Source: Azolla caroliniana (Eukaryota; Plantae; Polypodiophyta). From it: a stretch of DNA of 64,000 nucleotides. The position numbers and the translations under genes were made by a program. The notes beneath the pieces are model-generated. The model ran no database searches. It was not told the DNA's origin and was given only the letters and a program-made list of their open reading frames with translations. The stretch is from the NCBI GenBank assembly GCA_043228905.1, contig JBHGNT010000008.1:18476001-18540000 (forward strand). The letters are read 5' to 3'. Of the stretch, positions 23,126-35,300 are shown piece by piece. Each line of letters begins with the position of its first letter. Position 1 is the first letter of the stretch.

Positions 23126-26100
23126 TGAACAAAATAGAAAATAGTGGTTCTCTTTCGATTTCTTCCTTCATTAAGTGGATTGCCTCCGAGTTTTTGACTA
23201 CTCGAAATAGGCTTCAAGCATCGGTCGTATCCCCGGCAAAGGCGACAAATAGATGTTAAGGATCTATGTATCGATGGAGTAAGCTCCTCGATGTTGTGGC
23301 GAGATTCGGACCGGCGTATACCCTCTTGATGGCGAATCGAGCGAAGATGGTTGTCGGATACCTCCAAGCCTCACACTCACTTAATGATTAGTAAATGATT
23401 GAGCACGATATATCTCTCACTCTCTCAAGCTCTCTCTCATAGACAATAAGTTAATAGATATAGACAATAAGAAGGAAGAGTATGTTTATTAACCCTCTTT
23501 GCTAAGAGGTCTAGCACCAACAAGGAGAGAGATTAGTGTTCTCTAACTAAACTCCTCACTAATCTCTCTTAAGCTCAAAGGTTACAAGAAGGAGGAGAGG
23601 AAGATCTAGCTCTAATCAATAGGAGATCTTTACAAATGGGAGAACCCTTACAAAGCCACCACCATGTGGTTTATATAGTATTTACATTTAGGGTATGGAC
23701 CTTTCACACTCCAGTGTCCTTTAGCCCTCTTTCCTCTTGTCATTCCCTCTTCGTAGGTCCTTTAGCCATATTGTGTCCTTGTTGATGCGCTCTTCTTCAC
23801 GACTGGTCGTGGTGCTATCCAAGGGCTTAATAGGCACCTCGAAAACTCTCAAGAAAGAACCCTAAAACCTCAACTCACATGAAGAAGAACCCAAACCCAC
23901 AAGAAGAGGAAGAAGAAGACTTAAAACCAAAACCCTAATGGTGCCCTCCAACATAAGATGAGGAACCATAAACCCTAGAAAAGAAAGAAGAAAAAGAAGA
24001 GAAACAAACCCTAATGGTCTACCTCAAATCAACAAAATGACAACCCCAAAATAAGCCCTCTTCTCCCTTTTTCTATAGAGGAAAATGAGGCGCCTATATT
24101 CAGAATTTAATATTCCCTTGGCCCAAAAGGAAAGGGAGTAAAATTATAATCTTGAACCGCACCGACAAGTACTTGAACTTTGTACCTCTCTATTACCACT
24201 CTATGGCTCTAACCACTATCTTAGCCACTACCTCTTATTTATTATTTTATTTCTTTTCATATTTACATCACGTTGTGAAATGTGTGCTCAACTGCTTTTT
24301 CTTACTTTTTCTCACCATTGTCGCGCCACATCATGACAATGCTGCTCAACACAATATATAAGATATTTGCCAATATACTAGCCAAGAGGGTAAAACCCTA
24401 CCTCCGTGAACTAATCCATGTTGGAAAAATAGGGTTCATGGAAAACAGATGCATAATTGATAATGTGTTGACATTTTGGGAGGTGATTGCCTTGGCAAAA
24501 AAAACTAATCAACACATTGCATGTCTCATGCTGGACTTTGAGAAGGCGTATGATAGAGTTCAATGACCTTTTTTAGAAAAAATCATGGAGGGGTTGGGAT
24601 TACCTTTAAATGGAGATCAACTACAATGGCCCTTTACAAAGGAAGCTCGAGTAGGGTGTTGGTGATAGGGCAGCAAAGCCCATTGATTGTATTACAAGCA
24701 AGGGTGTCTGTTGGCCGTGTACCTTTTTTTATTTATTACAAAGGCATTCTCTTTCTTTTTTAACAAACTAGGTGCAGGAATAAGGGGTTTAGTTGTTCCA
24801 CATGCAAACAAAGATTTGTTGGACTTTGAGTATGCAGATGACACTATGCTTTACCTAGAAGGTAATGACGTTAATTTACAGAAGGCTAAAGGGCAAATTG
24901 AGCTATTTTGCAAAGCGTCAAGGGATAAAATTAATTGGAACAAAAGTAGAGGATTTTGGGTAAGTCCAAACCCACGACCTCTTTGGTTTCCTAATGTTGA
25001 TTTTCATTGAGTCCCCAATGGAATGGCTATTAAGTATTTGCGCTTTTTGGTGGGAGTTGAGACACCTAAAAATCAGTAGTTCGAGCAGGTGAAGGAAAAA
25101 ATTAGAAAAAAGCTTCGTCTATGGGCGCCAGTAAAGCTTTATCTTGCAAGTACGGTGGACCTGGTGAACCATATTTTGTTGGCTACAATGTGGCACTCGG
25201 TGGCATGTTAGATGTTACACAAAGTTTGCATCAAAAATATTAAGGCAATGGTGAGAGGGTTCCTTTGGTTTGGCAGAGACAATGAGATAGCAGCAACTAA
25301 AGTGGCGTGGGGTTATTTAATTAAGGCGAAGAACTAGGGAGGACTTGGGCTGGTGGATCCAGTTCACCAAAGTAAGGCTCTCCTTGGTAAGCTTCTGGTG
25401 CGAAGTCTATGGCCCAGATCAGAATTGTGGAAGGTGCTCCTTAGGAACAGAGCTGACCTTTGGTGCCCAAGGAATGGTGGTCCTGGACAAGCAAATACCT
25501 AGCGGTTGTTCAGTCCAGGTCTAACGTTGAAAGAACTGGCTAGCATAGAGGATAGCGTGGTCTGCGCCATAATGAAGGCCTGGTCAAGTTTAAGAGAAGG
25601 GTTGATCTTAATGAAACCGAAAACATTGGATGAATGGCTACGACAATCAATGTTTGGGAACCCTAGGATTAGAAGTGAAGACAGTATGATGCTTGGATAG
25701 AAAAGCCCTAGGGGAGGATTCTAGGGTACAAGATTAGGTCACTAAGAGATTGAGAGGTTTTCAGCATGCAAAGGGGGAAGGGTCAGGCTGTTAGTAGTAG
25801 GTTTACTGGAAGACTAGCAAAGGTGACTCAATTGATAGATAAGGCCATTGATAGCTTTATTGGAAGACTAGCGAAGGTGACTCAATTGATAGATAAGGCC
25901 ATTGATGGATTAGGTAAGTTGAACGTGGAAGAGACAATTTGGTCGGGTTGGTTTATAGGTGAGGGTGGTGCACAACTTATCCATGGGGGGTGCTCAACTA
26001 ACGAGGAGTGTTTGTGGGATAACCTAAGTGCATTGATGGATGATGGCAGGTGGTTGGTTGTGTGGGTGGCAGTGTTAAAGGGTAAGAGGTAACACGGATC

Positions 26101-27497
26101 CTAAGATACTTGATCATGATTGTAAAATATGGCTTTTCAACAACAATGCATTATATGATTTGGAGTGGGATCCATTCCAGGAGGTATGGCGGTAGACAAC
26201 AGGAACAAACAAATTGAAAAAGTTTTTTGAGTATAAAACTAAGCTAGGAAGACGAATCATTGGCTCCAACTCGGTAGGTGTTATAAAGATTCACAATAGC
26301 TAGAAGGATAAAGGCATATCAGATGACAACCTGAAGTAGTTTTGGAGGAGACTATAGGCATTGGATACGCCTGAAAAAATAAAGGCTTGGTTATGGCTTC
26401 ATAGCCACAATGCAATACCTGTAGGGGAGTGGTTGAGTTCCCTCGGTGGTGAGGCTGGCTATAAGTTATGTGAACTTGCTTTGGAATCAATCTCTCACTA
26501 TTTCTAGAATTGTATAGAGGCGATTAGCATCTCGAGTAGAAGCCTCAAAATTGTGGCAGCTTGCGGTGTGAATGGGAACATTGTGTGGGGTTCTATATAG
26601 GGATTGACCCTAAAAGGGGAAGTCTGGGCGGAATAGTTAAACCCACATGGACATGGATTTATAGTGCAAGGTGGTTGCATGTCCCAATGTGATGGGATGA
26701 GACTTGGCACAAATTCTTAATTTTTTGAGGAGATTTGGCTTATGGTGGCATGCTTATCGGTCTACACATTTGGACCAAACTTTGTAAGTTTGTTTTTCAG
26801 TGGCAAAAGCTCTCATGCGGTGAGGTAATGTTAAATATTTTGTTTGAGTTAGTGGCCTGGTTGTGCAGACAATATGACTCTATTAAAGGGGATTCGGATG
26901 AAGCTGAAAGGACAATATCAAAGTTCTTGCTGAAATGGGGTGGTTCTCCCATGATTGTCAAATCTTTGACGAGGCCGATGTGGAACTACTTGGCGCCTAG
27001 GTGTTTGTTTCTGTCAACAGCTCCCAATATTGTACATGGGATGTAAATATGTATGTATACCTAGAACACAAGTGGGTTAGCATAATCGTGTTACCCGGAT
27101 ATCTTTGTTATAAAAGAGTTCGTTGGGATAAGTAGAGACGAGGAAAATAGGGCTTATTTCAGTTTTGTTGGAGATAGGGGCCACATGAGTTGTTGTTTTC
27201 TTACTAGTTTTGGAGTGGTTCCTCTAGGTTGTATATTCTAATCCCACTATGGAATTGGGTTGAACTCTATTGTATTTTGTTTACTAACTAATGCGAAGGC
27301 AAGTTTATTTATTCAATTTCTTCTCTTCATCTTCTTCTCCATCTCTAGGTTATTTTGTTAGGGTTTCCCTTGCTCAAAAGACGAATGGAGGAGACACTCA
27401 AAGAGGAAGAGCTCCCAGACAAGGGAGTGGAAAACCAAGATGACAAACGGACGAGGTAGCCATAATTTTATTAGTTAAACTTCTTGGTCGAAGCGAG

Positions 27498-27699
27498 GTG
27501 CTTCATTTACATTAAATGCACACCTACCTCATTCTGCATGAAAAATGCAAAAAACACTAGGAAAGAAGTTGATGTGGCATGCCCAAATGTAGAAAATAAC
27601 AAAAAGGGTTATGTACAAAGGGTTAAATAGTTTTGTTGGTGTCTTTTGCATTTTTTATGCAAAAGAAGGTAGATATGCGTTTAATGTAAATGAGGCCAC
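27498..27699. repeat. ~200-bp fold-back element with ~60-bp imperfect inverted arms (MITE-like)
   Basis: GTGCTTCATTTACATTAAATGCAC..GCAAAAAACAC pairs with GTGTCTTTTGC..GCGTTTAATGTAAATGAGGCCAC. Confidence 0.75.
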
Positions 27700-29567
27700 T
27701 CTCTCTATATAAAAAGAGGGAATGAGGGCTCATTTAGGGGTTCTTTTCTTTTGGCATTTGGGAGCCCGACCTTTTGGGAGTTTTGGGTTTTAAGGCATAT
27801 TTCTTCTTGTTATTCACTTCTTCTTCTCCACCTCCTTTTCTACTTCATAGGTTTGCCTGGTCTTCATGATCATTGAGCTCACCACGCATTCATGACTTCA
27901 AAAAATGGTTCAATTAGTTTGCGCATCATTCATTGAAGGGAGCACAAAGTGGCTCCGTTCACTTGACTCACCTTCCCCAGTGACAAAAAACATGGCCATG
28001 CTTGATTATCTTAGATAAATGATTATGTGGACATCCTATCACGAATACATCTCATGTAAGCATGAAAATAAGGAAATAGATAAGGAAATAGATAAGAAAA
28101 TAAAGAGATAGGGAGAAAAGGAAGGGTGTTTATCCCCCCCAACCAACCTAAAGCAACAGATCAAGATAAAGCAACAGATCAAGATGAAGCTAACCACAAA
28201 ATGATGTCCCATACCACCATTATGGGTTAGGAATCATACCTAGTATTGGTACATGCTTGCCACAAGAGTGTGTTCATAATAAGATCACACAATCGATATA
28301 GTGGAAAGATCTACAAGAAGATTAGCTAGTTGGCCCTTAAATGTTTTCTTTACACTCTTATCCTAGTGTGTAGAAAACTATGCTAAAAATTATTGCCCGT
28401 AACACATCTAATTGATTTGATGGGAAGAATATCTCACACTAGTTGAAGGATTATAAAGCCAAGATGCCCATGAGTGACATACAAGAGGTGAGGTGATTTA
28501 GTAGTTTCATGAAGGTTGTAATGTCAAGCCTCCACGTGGAAATCCTTGAAATGCAAGCACAAGTCACAATTGGGAGATGTTCCAAAGAAGACACTCTAGG
28601 AATACAATTTTGATGACTCCTCAAAAATGAAAAATATGGACTTAATAGACTAGTTCAAGTCACCTAATAAAGTGATGAGCACCATGAAAACGCTTCAAGC
28701 GTTCAAGAGAATGTAAAGAAAGGACTAGTTTTAATCCTAGGGATTGAGACAACCCTTAATGACTAAGTGTGAACTTTCCTAGGAGCCTTGGGGGGTTTGG
28801 CTAGAAACATGATGCCTAGTAACTATCTTCAATAGACATTCAACACGTTGACTCTGTGATATTGTGGTGAAATGAGTCTTCTGGCAAGTGCACGCAATTA
28901 CCAAGTGCCACTCAAAGCCATAATGGTGGTATGGGTTGTCGTTCAAGGCTCAAGTTAGTTGTCACAAAGTTTCGCATACGTGTTACCCGGACAGAAACAT
29001 GGGGGTCTTTGACTAGGGAGTAAAAAAAGGGACAAGAAGACCAAAGGTCTGTCCGTTGAAGGGTGCTCCTTGCCGAACAAGGTTTCGTCCAGCTCTTCAT
29101 TGACCATAGGCTCGTCGAGCGTTGGGCTCGTCAAACTTTCGATTCGTCGAGCTTTCAGTTCGTCATCGACCTTAGCTCCCGAATGGACCCTTAGCGAGTT
29201 AAGGTCTCGAGCGAAAGTTCATGCGGGCACAAGGCGAGGATTAACGCTCGGCAAAAATTAGACACAAAGTTAAGACAAACAAATCATTATGGGACTGAGT
29301 GAAGGTTTGTCAAAAACAAATGTTTATAGGGCTAAAGAGCCACAACAAAGGATTACAATGATGACTGCTTAGAACAAAACTCGAGCTCAAGCACGAGTGA
29401 AGGGAATCAAAATTGGAAGAGTTTATGGAATTGAAAGAAGATGGTGCCATGGTTGTTGCAAGTAAAATGCATAATAATCGACCTTGTGAAGAGCTACCTA
29501 ACTTCATTGCAACATAGATCCAAAGAAGTACAATCTTCTAGGAGAAAAAGAAAGGGTAAAACCATCA

Positions 29568-29578
29568 CTCTGATACCA
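29568..29578 (-). mobile_element. tRNA-Met primer-binding site of a truncated minus-strand LTR retrotransposon; LTR begins ~29580, remnants lie across ~27090-29720
   Basis: CTCTGATACCA (reverse complement TGGTATCAGAG) immediately followed by A-TGTTG. TGTTACCCGGA LTR-like starts at 27089 and 28981. Confidence 0.6.
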
Positions 29579-30096
29579 ATGTTGTTTTGTTGCTCGTAAG
29601 ATCTGAAGAGCCAAAGGAGGGAGGACAAAGGATGAAAGAAAAAAGCAAATGTAAACATGCATTCACATTTCATTCTGTGTCTTTACACAAACACACACAT
29701 AATAGCCATATGCACACACATATGTATAAACGTAAACATATACATGAAGTGCCATTCCTTGTTGGTGATGTTCATGTTTTTGCATTGACATCGTGGTTTA
29801 TGATGAAATAACTTGTTGTTGGCCAACCCCATACAAATCATCGACATGTTACTCGACCATAGAAAATCGATGCTTATTTTCAAAGGTTGAAAACATCTGA
29901 TTCATGAGACGGACATCGAGATGAGTTCGTCATCATTCCGTAAATTCTATCAACTAACACATAATTCAATGAACAACGATCGAAACCCCAAATGTGTTTC
30001 GCATATGGTTGGAGGTAAATTAAGATATACAAGGTCCATTCATTATTAGAATTTAGAACCAATAATGAAGCACATAGCATAAATATAGTGTAAATT

Positions 30097-30381
30097 TTAA
30101 CAACCGCCACCATAACTAGCATAACCACCACCACCACTAGCAGCAGAAGAAGTGATATTGGTACTTACAGTGTCACTGCCACTGGCACCTTTCCTAGGAT
30201 ACCGGCTATGGCTATGGCTATTACTAACACCAGCACTTGGAACCTTGGCCGCATGATGGTGGCTGCTGCTATCCTCACCATCGCCACACAAGGCCAGAAT
30301 GAATGAGAGGATGAAAATTGAAGCTACAATGCCCATAAACGCAAGCCCTGCATTCGAACCCATATCCATCTTGTTTTGCAT
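30097..30381 (-). CDS. Small (~90-aa) single-pass membrane protein with a Ser/Gly-rich tail ending GGGC
   Basis: Intact ORF in a TE-free island. Hydrophobic helix AGLAFMGIVASIFILSFILALC followed by a hydrophilic tail and a terminal Cys. No TE motifs. Confidence 0.55.
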   Translation of the reverse strand: MQNKMDMGSNAGLAFMGIVASIFILSFILALCGDGEDSSSHHHAAKVPSAGVSNSHSHSRYPRKGASGSDTVSTNITSSAASGGGGYASYGGGC

Positions 30382-32308
30382 ACATAAATGGCATGGACTG
30401 GATCCAACTAAAAATATAGATATGTATGTATGTATGTATGTATGTATAGTGTTTGTCTAAGGGAAGGGGGGAGGGGGGTTCCATACCATGTGGGTTTTTT
30501 TGTGACTTTCACCTTTGTGGTTTTCTCTTCCGTGCACAGTTAGTATTTGCTCGAGTCACGTAACTCTCTTTTTTCTCTGATCTCTCGGCCATGTATATGT
30601 GTAACATGTATATGGCCTCACAATTCGCGGTACTGAGAAGGCACATGACAAGAGGATTTGCTCTCTTCTTTAACACGAATTTTAAAGTCCTACATTCAGG
30701 GCCCGCGGAGTTTGTCTTTTCCAATAGGAAAAGAATACCAAGGGAAATATGGAATCTGATTGTCAACCAAGTTTGTGGGCTTTTGTGAAATTTGTAACGA
30801 ATAGTAAATCTAGACATATAGTACAATGCATTGCAATGAGATACTATACTACATATTGCACATGATCGTGCATTACCAATATAATTATTCTAGTAACCAT
30901 CATGAAGCTAGTTACAAGGTAGCATTAGAAGCATGTGTCATTATGAGAAGAACTATGAGGTCACAAAAGGACTTTCTAAGAAAAGAGACAAAAGTTTATT
31001 AAACAATAAACTTGCAAACCCTTAAGGGGCCAAGAATCACAAAGAACATATAAAAATAGGTATATATGGAATGTTACATCACCTTTTGGACTAAATGTAA
31101 CCCCAAAAGTTTTTCTTTTCTAAAATCATAAATTTTATCACATTTTTTTATTTTTCCGTAACTTCTCGAAGTATAAGTATTCCTCAAGGCAATGGATGCT
31201 AAAGATATGAGAGACCTAGATCTCCTTTAAAATAAGGAAGGGCTCATTTTACATTGGCCTAAAGCTAAGAAAGTTTATAGAAACTTCAACAAGCAATAGC
31301 ATTGGGATAACGAGAGCTTGTCGGGCACTTCGTGCGGTGCGAAGTGGAACACTTCTCAGACATATTGTGTCAAAAGAAGGGATCGCCATCGGCCCCGGCA
31401 AGGTAAAAGCGATCATCGAGGCACTTGCCCCAACTAATGCTATAGAATTAATGTGATTCCTTGTGCAAATTCGGTGGCACAATCACATTCTTCAATTTTT
31501 TATGGACTTAGTAATCCCATTGCACGTGGAAGTACATAAAACACTGTTCAATCAGATAGATACTCAAAACCTTGCATATCGCCAACTAAAGCTCATTTTG
31601 GGCAAAGCTCTGGTGGTGCAGCCACCAGACTGAACCAAACCATTCCACATTTTCATAGATGCATCTAACATTGCAATTGGAAGCATCCTCATGCAGGAAT
31701 ACGAGCCTAAGTGGTTCCGGCCACTTTATTACACAAGTCGATGACTGTCAAAAACCATGCGCAACTATAGCACTATAGAGCGAGAGGCATTGGGTATGAT
31801 TTATTTGATCCAAAAGTTCTTGCATTATTTGCAAGGAAACAAGTTTACATTTCATGTTGATCATTCTACCTTGGTGTATCTCATAAAGAAACAATAGTCA
31901 CGGGAAAACTAGCTTGTTGGATGCTTCCTCTCCAAGATTTCGATTTTGACATTATGCACACCCCAAGACCTCAACATGTAGTCCCAAACTATCTAAGTCG
32001 AATAGAAACAAGAGAAGCACCAACAGGAATCGCGGATGACTTTCCAGACACCTTCAAAATTCAGGTTGATAATCAAAATTATGCCAACAATCCAAATGAC
32101 TGGATGGATGACATGATGTTTTTTTGCACCAACGGTGACTTCTGGAAGGAAATTAGCAAAGATCTGCACAAATGGCTAGCCATTCAGTCCCCCAACTTTA
32201 GGATGATTGCGGATGATTTATACTGATTGTCGGGCTATGGAATCTTTCGACGATGCATACGTCTCTTTGACCAACAACAATGCTTTATGGATACACACCA
32301 ACGTTTTT

Positions 32309-35300
32309 TGTTGGTTGGATATGGTTAGATTGTGGAAGAATGTGTATGAGGACCTTCAAGATGATATACAGCAAACAACACAGATATACAACAAGAAGAG
32401 AGACAGAAGATGGACACAGTTCCAGAGCTTCAATGGAAGTTCTAATTCTCTCACTTTGTAACTCTTACGCTCCAAGACTACTTTACAATGTCAGGGTTGT
32501 GCTTATATACTCAAGCCCTAACTCAAAGACCTATTCACACTTAAGATACAAAGTGGAAGGAGTAGGCCTTTAATGCCAACAAACTCCCCAGTAAAAAGGC
32601 TACTCTTTCCTATGTATACAACTGATTTTGGGGTTATCTCCCTTGTAAACCTAGATTACAAGTCTAATCTTAAGTTACAAGTATACGTACAAGTCTGTCG
32701 GCGTATGGCCAAATTGGTAGAGGTAAAGTCGAGATCTAGCCTAATTCGACAAGTTATCTGGACCGTATATCGTTCGGTTCTAACTTTCGACCTCTAGTCG
32801 ATCGTATGTAGTTCGGTTCTGACTTTCGACCTCTAGTCGATCGTCTGCTTTCTACTCGTGCTCGGTCATGTGCTCCTCACGAGATCCTCGATCTATCTTC
32901 AGGTTCATTCACCCTTCGATCGGTTCCTCTCTAGTCGGTATCCTCACTCGGTGTTGAATCTTCGGCCTCTTGACATTCTAATTCTTTTGACTTTGCCTTT
33001 TCGGCTCATCCGATCAGGTCAGTCTTTCACTTACCTTCTCCTCCTCATTTGACTCTCTTCTGCTCGGTCTCTTGTCATAGTCCCATCACTGTCCTTAGTG
33101 GTTTGAAACGTTGTTTTAGGAGTGGCTTCGTCAGGCAATCGACGATATTCACCTCGGTGTCGATCTTCCGTACAAGCTCCCGGATATGATGAAACTGCAC
33201 TTGAATGTGTTTCGTCTTTGCATGACAGATTTGATTTCGAATGAGGTGTATTGCGCTCTAAGAGTTGCAAAAGATGGTTGGCGTTGGATGGTTGATTTGT
33301 CTTGTCGCCAAGAAGTTGGGTGACAATCGTGCAGCCAGATGGCTTCCTTCGTTGCCTCCGATGTTGCTATGTGTGGAGAAATCGATGCGGAATAGATCAC
33401 AATAATCGAACTACGCGCTGAAATACGAATCACATCACAATGCGAGAAAGACAAGATAAATGACTATACACATAGATTTATGTGGAAACCCTAAAACGGG
33501 AAAAAAACCACAGGTGAACAAATTCTTCACTATACAAATAGTGGATACACAATGCAGAGAAGATTACAACACTCTGTCGAGTGTATCAGCCACACAGGGC
33601 TCTTCGCATTTGCTATTACACACACAGCTATGGTGCGGCTCTCACTTCTCTCTCACTCTCTACACTACTTCCGTTTTCTGCACAGTGTTAATGTTTGCCC
33701 TAGTTGCATATATACTTACACAACTTTTTGGTTATTTACATACGGGGCCCTCATGGGGCGCACACTTAGACTATTTACAAATATAGTCTCCTGAGTTGGC
33801 TATTTTCACAATTCTGGTTTTGGCCGAGGCCGATACATCAACTCAGCTCCTGTCTTCTGACTCTTTGACTGTCGGCTTTCCGAACAGTCGGATCATCCTC
33901 CCACTAGAGGGACATATTCCCAACACTATGTACTCAGCCTCTGTGGTAGAAAGGGACGTGCACTCTTGAAGCTTGGACCTCCATTATGGCGCCACCACCA
34001 TAGGTGAAAAGATAACCAGATGTCGACTTCCGATTGTCCGCATTTCCCACATAGTCTGAGTCGGTATAGCCTTCGACTTCGGTTGGATTTGCCGATCTGA
34101 AAGTCAATTGTACATCTGCGGTTCCTCTTAGATACTTGAAGATCTGCTTGACGGCCTCCCAATGCTTCCATCCTGGGTTTGACATGTACTGGTTGATGAT
34201 CCCTATGGCGTATGCAAGGTCGGGTCAGGTCGCCACCATAGCGTACATGATACTTCCTACCGCCGATGTGTAGGGTATCTTTCCAATGAGCTTTCTCTCC
34301 TCATTTGTCGAAGGAAAGTCTTTGACCGATAATTGAATTGACGTCGAAAGTGGATTCGATGTTGCGCATTCTCCATATTGAAGCGCCTCAGCACCTTTCG
34401 AATGTAATCGGATTGGGAGAGTCGGAGAGTCTTTGTCATCTGATTTCACTCGATCCTCATGCCTAGTATGTGTCGGACTTGTTCGAGTTCCTTCATCGCA
34501 AATTTATCATGAAGGCTCCACTTTAGTTTTCCGATCTTGCTCGATTGCTCCCTACAATGAGCATGTCATCGACATATAGAATCATGTAGATACGAGACTC
34601 CTCGGCCAATTTTCGAATATACATACATGGGTCGGAGTCAGATTTGTGGTAACCAAGCTTCATGATGTAGGAGTTGAAATTCTGGTACCACATCCTCAGC
34701 GCTTGTTATAAGCCGTAAAGGCTTTCCTTTAGTCGATATACAAGGTGACTTTCCTCCCCCGTCGTCGTGATGCCTACTAGTTGAGACATATAAATGTCTT
34801 CTTCCAAGTCTCCATGTAGGAATGTCGTCTTGACATCTAGCTACTCGAGCTCTAGGTTTTCAGTCACCACAACCCCCAAGTAGGAGTCGAAGGGTGGTCA
34901 TCTTGACTACTGGTGAGAATATCTCGTCGTAGTCGACCCCATGTTCTTGTTTGAATCCCTTGGCGACAAGTTGAGCTTTGTATTTGGGCTTCTCTGAGTC
35001 AGATACATGTTTGTATGTGAAGATCCATATGCAAGGTAGTGGCTTCCTTCCAGCTGGTAATTCGACCAGCTCCCATGTTTGATTCTAATGAATCGAGTCC
35101 ATCTCAAATTTCATGGCTTGTAGCCATGTCTCAGCATCCGACATGGTTGTAGCTTACTCATAAGAGCTTGGTTCTCTTGCGTCCGTGTAATTGATGTAGT
35201 CAAGGCCCGGTTGATAGAACTTTGTCGACCTTCAAACCTTGCCCAGATCTCCTGGGTGTCGATGTGTTCAGTTCGGATTCTTCGATCATCGTTGTTGGTT

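Larger units (their letters stand above)
17072..23832 (-). mobile_element. Complete non-autonomous LTR retroelement (TR-GAG-like; Ty3/gypsy-type gag, two aspartic proteases, no RT/RH/IN)
   Basis: 579-bp LTRs at 17072-17650 and 23254-23832, about 15-20 mismatches by eye. Perfect 5-bp TSD GGCAC (17067-17071 / 23833-23837). PPT (TCCCCCCCAACC on + strand, 17651-17662). PBS-like TGTCGCCTTTGCCGGGGA on the minus strand next to the 5' LTR (~23230-23247). Confidence 0.92.
16369..24338. mobile_element. Solo LTR (16369-17071 plus 23838-24338) hosting the nested 6.8-kb LTR element
   Basis: TGTTGCAA..CATGACA ends with a degenerate 4-bp TSD ACGT/ATGC. Removing it restores LINE I-T-L-L-N-T-I-Y-K. Confidence 0.75.
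11130..27045 (+). mobile_element. Near full-length degenerate L1-clade LINE, copy 3 (different family), carrying three insertions in ORF2
   Basis: ORF1 knuckle YEGLPGQCFYCK (~12225-12290). ORF2 MKLLTWNIQGL (~13118), LLQEHH, VYAPN, HIDRIY, SPGSHGL. Continues through 15769-15886 (LICLIPK), 16340-16368 (QWRPIT) and from 24339 (LNTIYKI, LDFEKAYDRV, YADD ~24831, GGLGLVD) to WNYLAPRCLF at ~27000. Confidence 0.9.

Noticed and set aside
25800-25910. ~54-bp tandem duplication giving a repeated peptide FxGRLAKVTQLIDKAID
   Set aside because: A local duplication within a dead LINE ORF2 with no sign of function.
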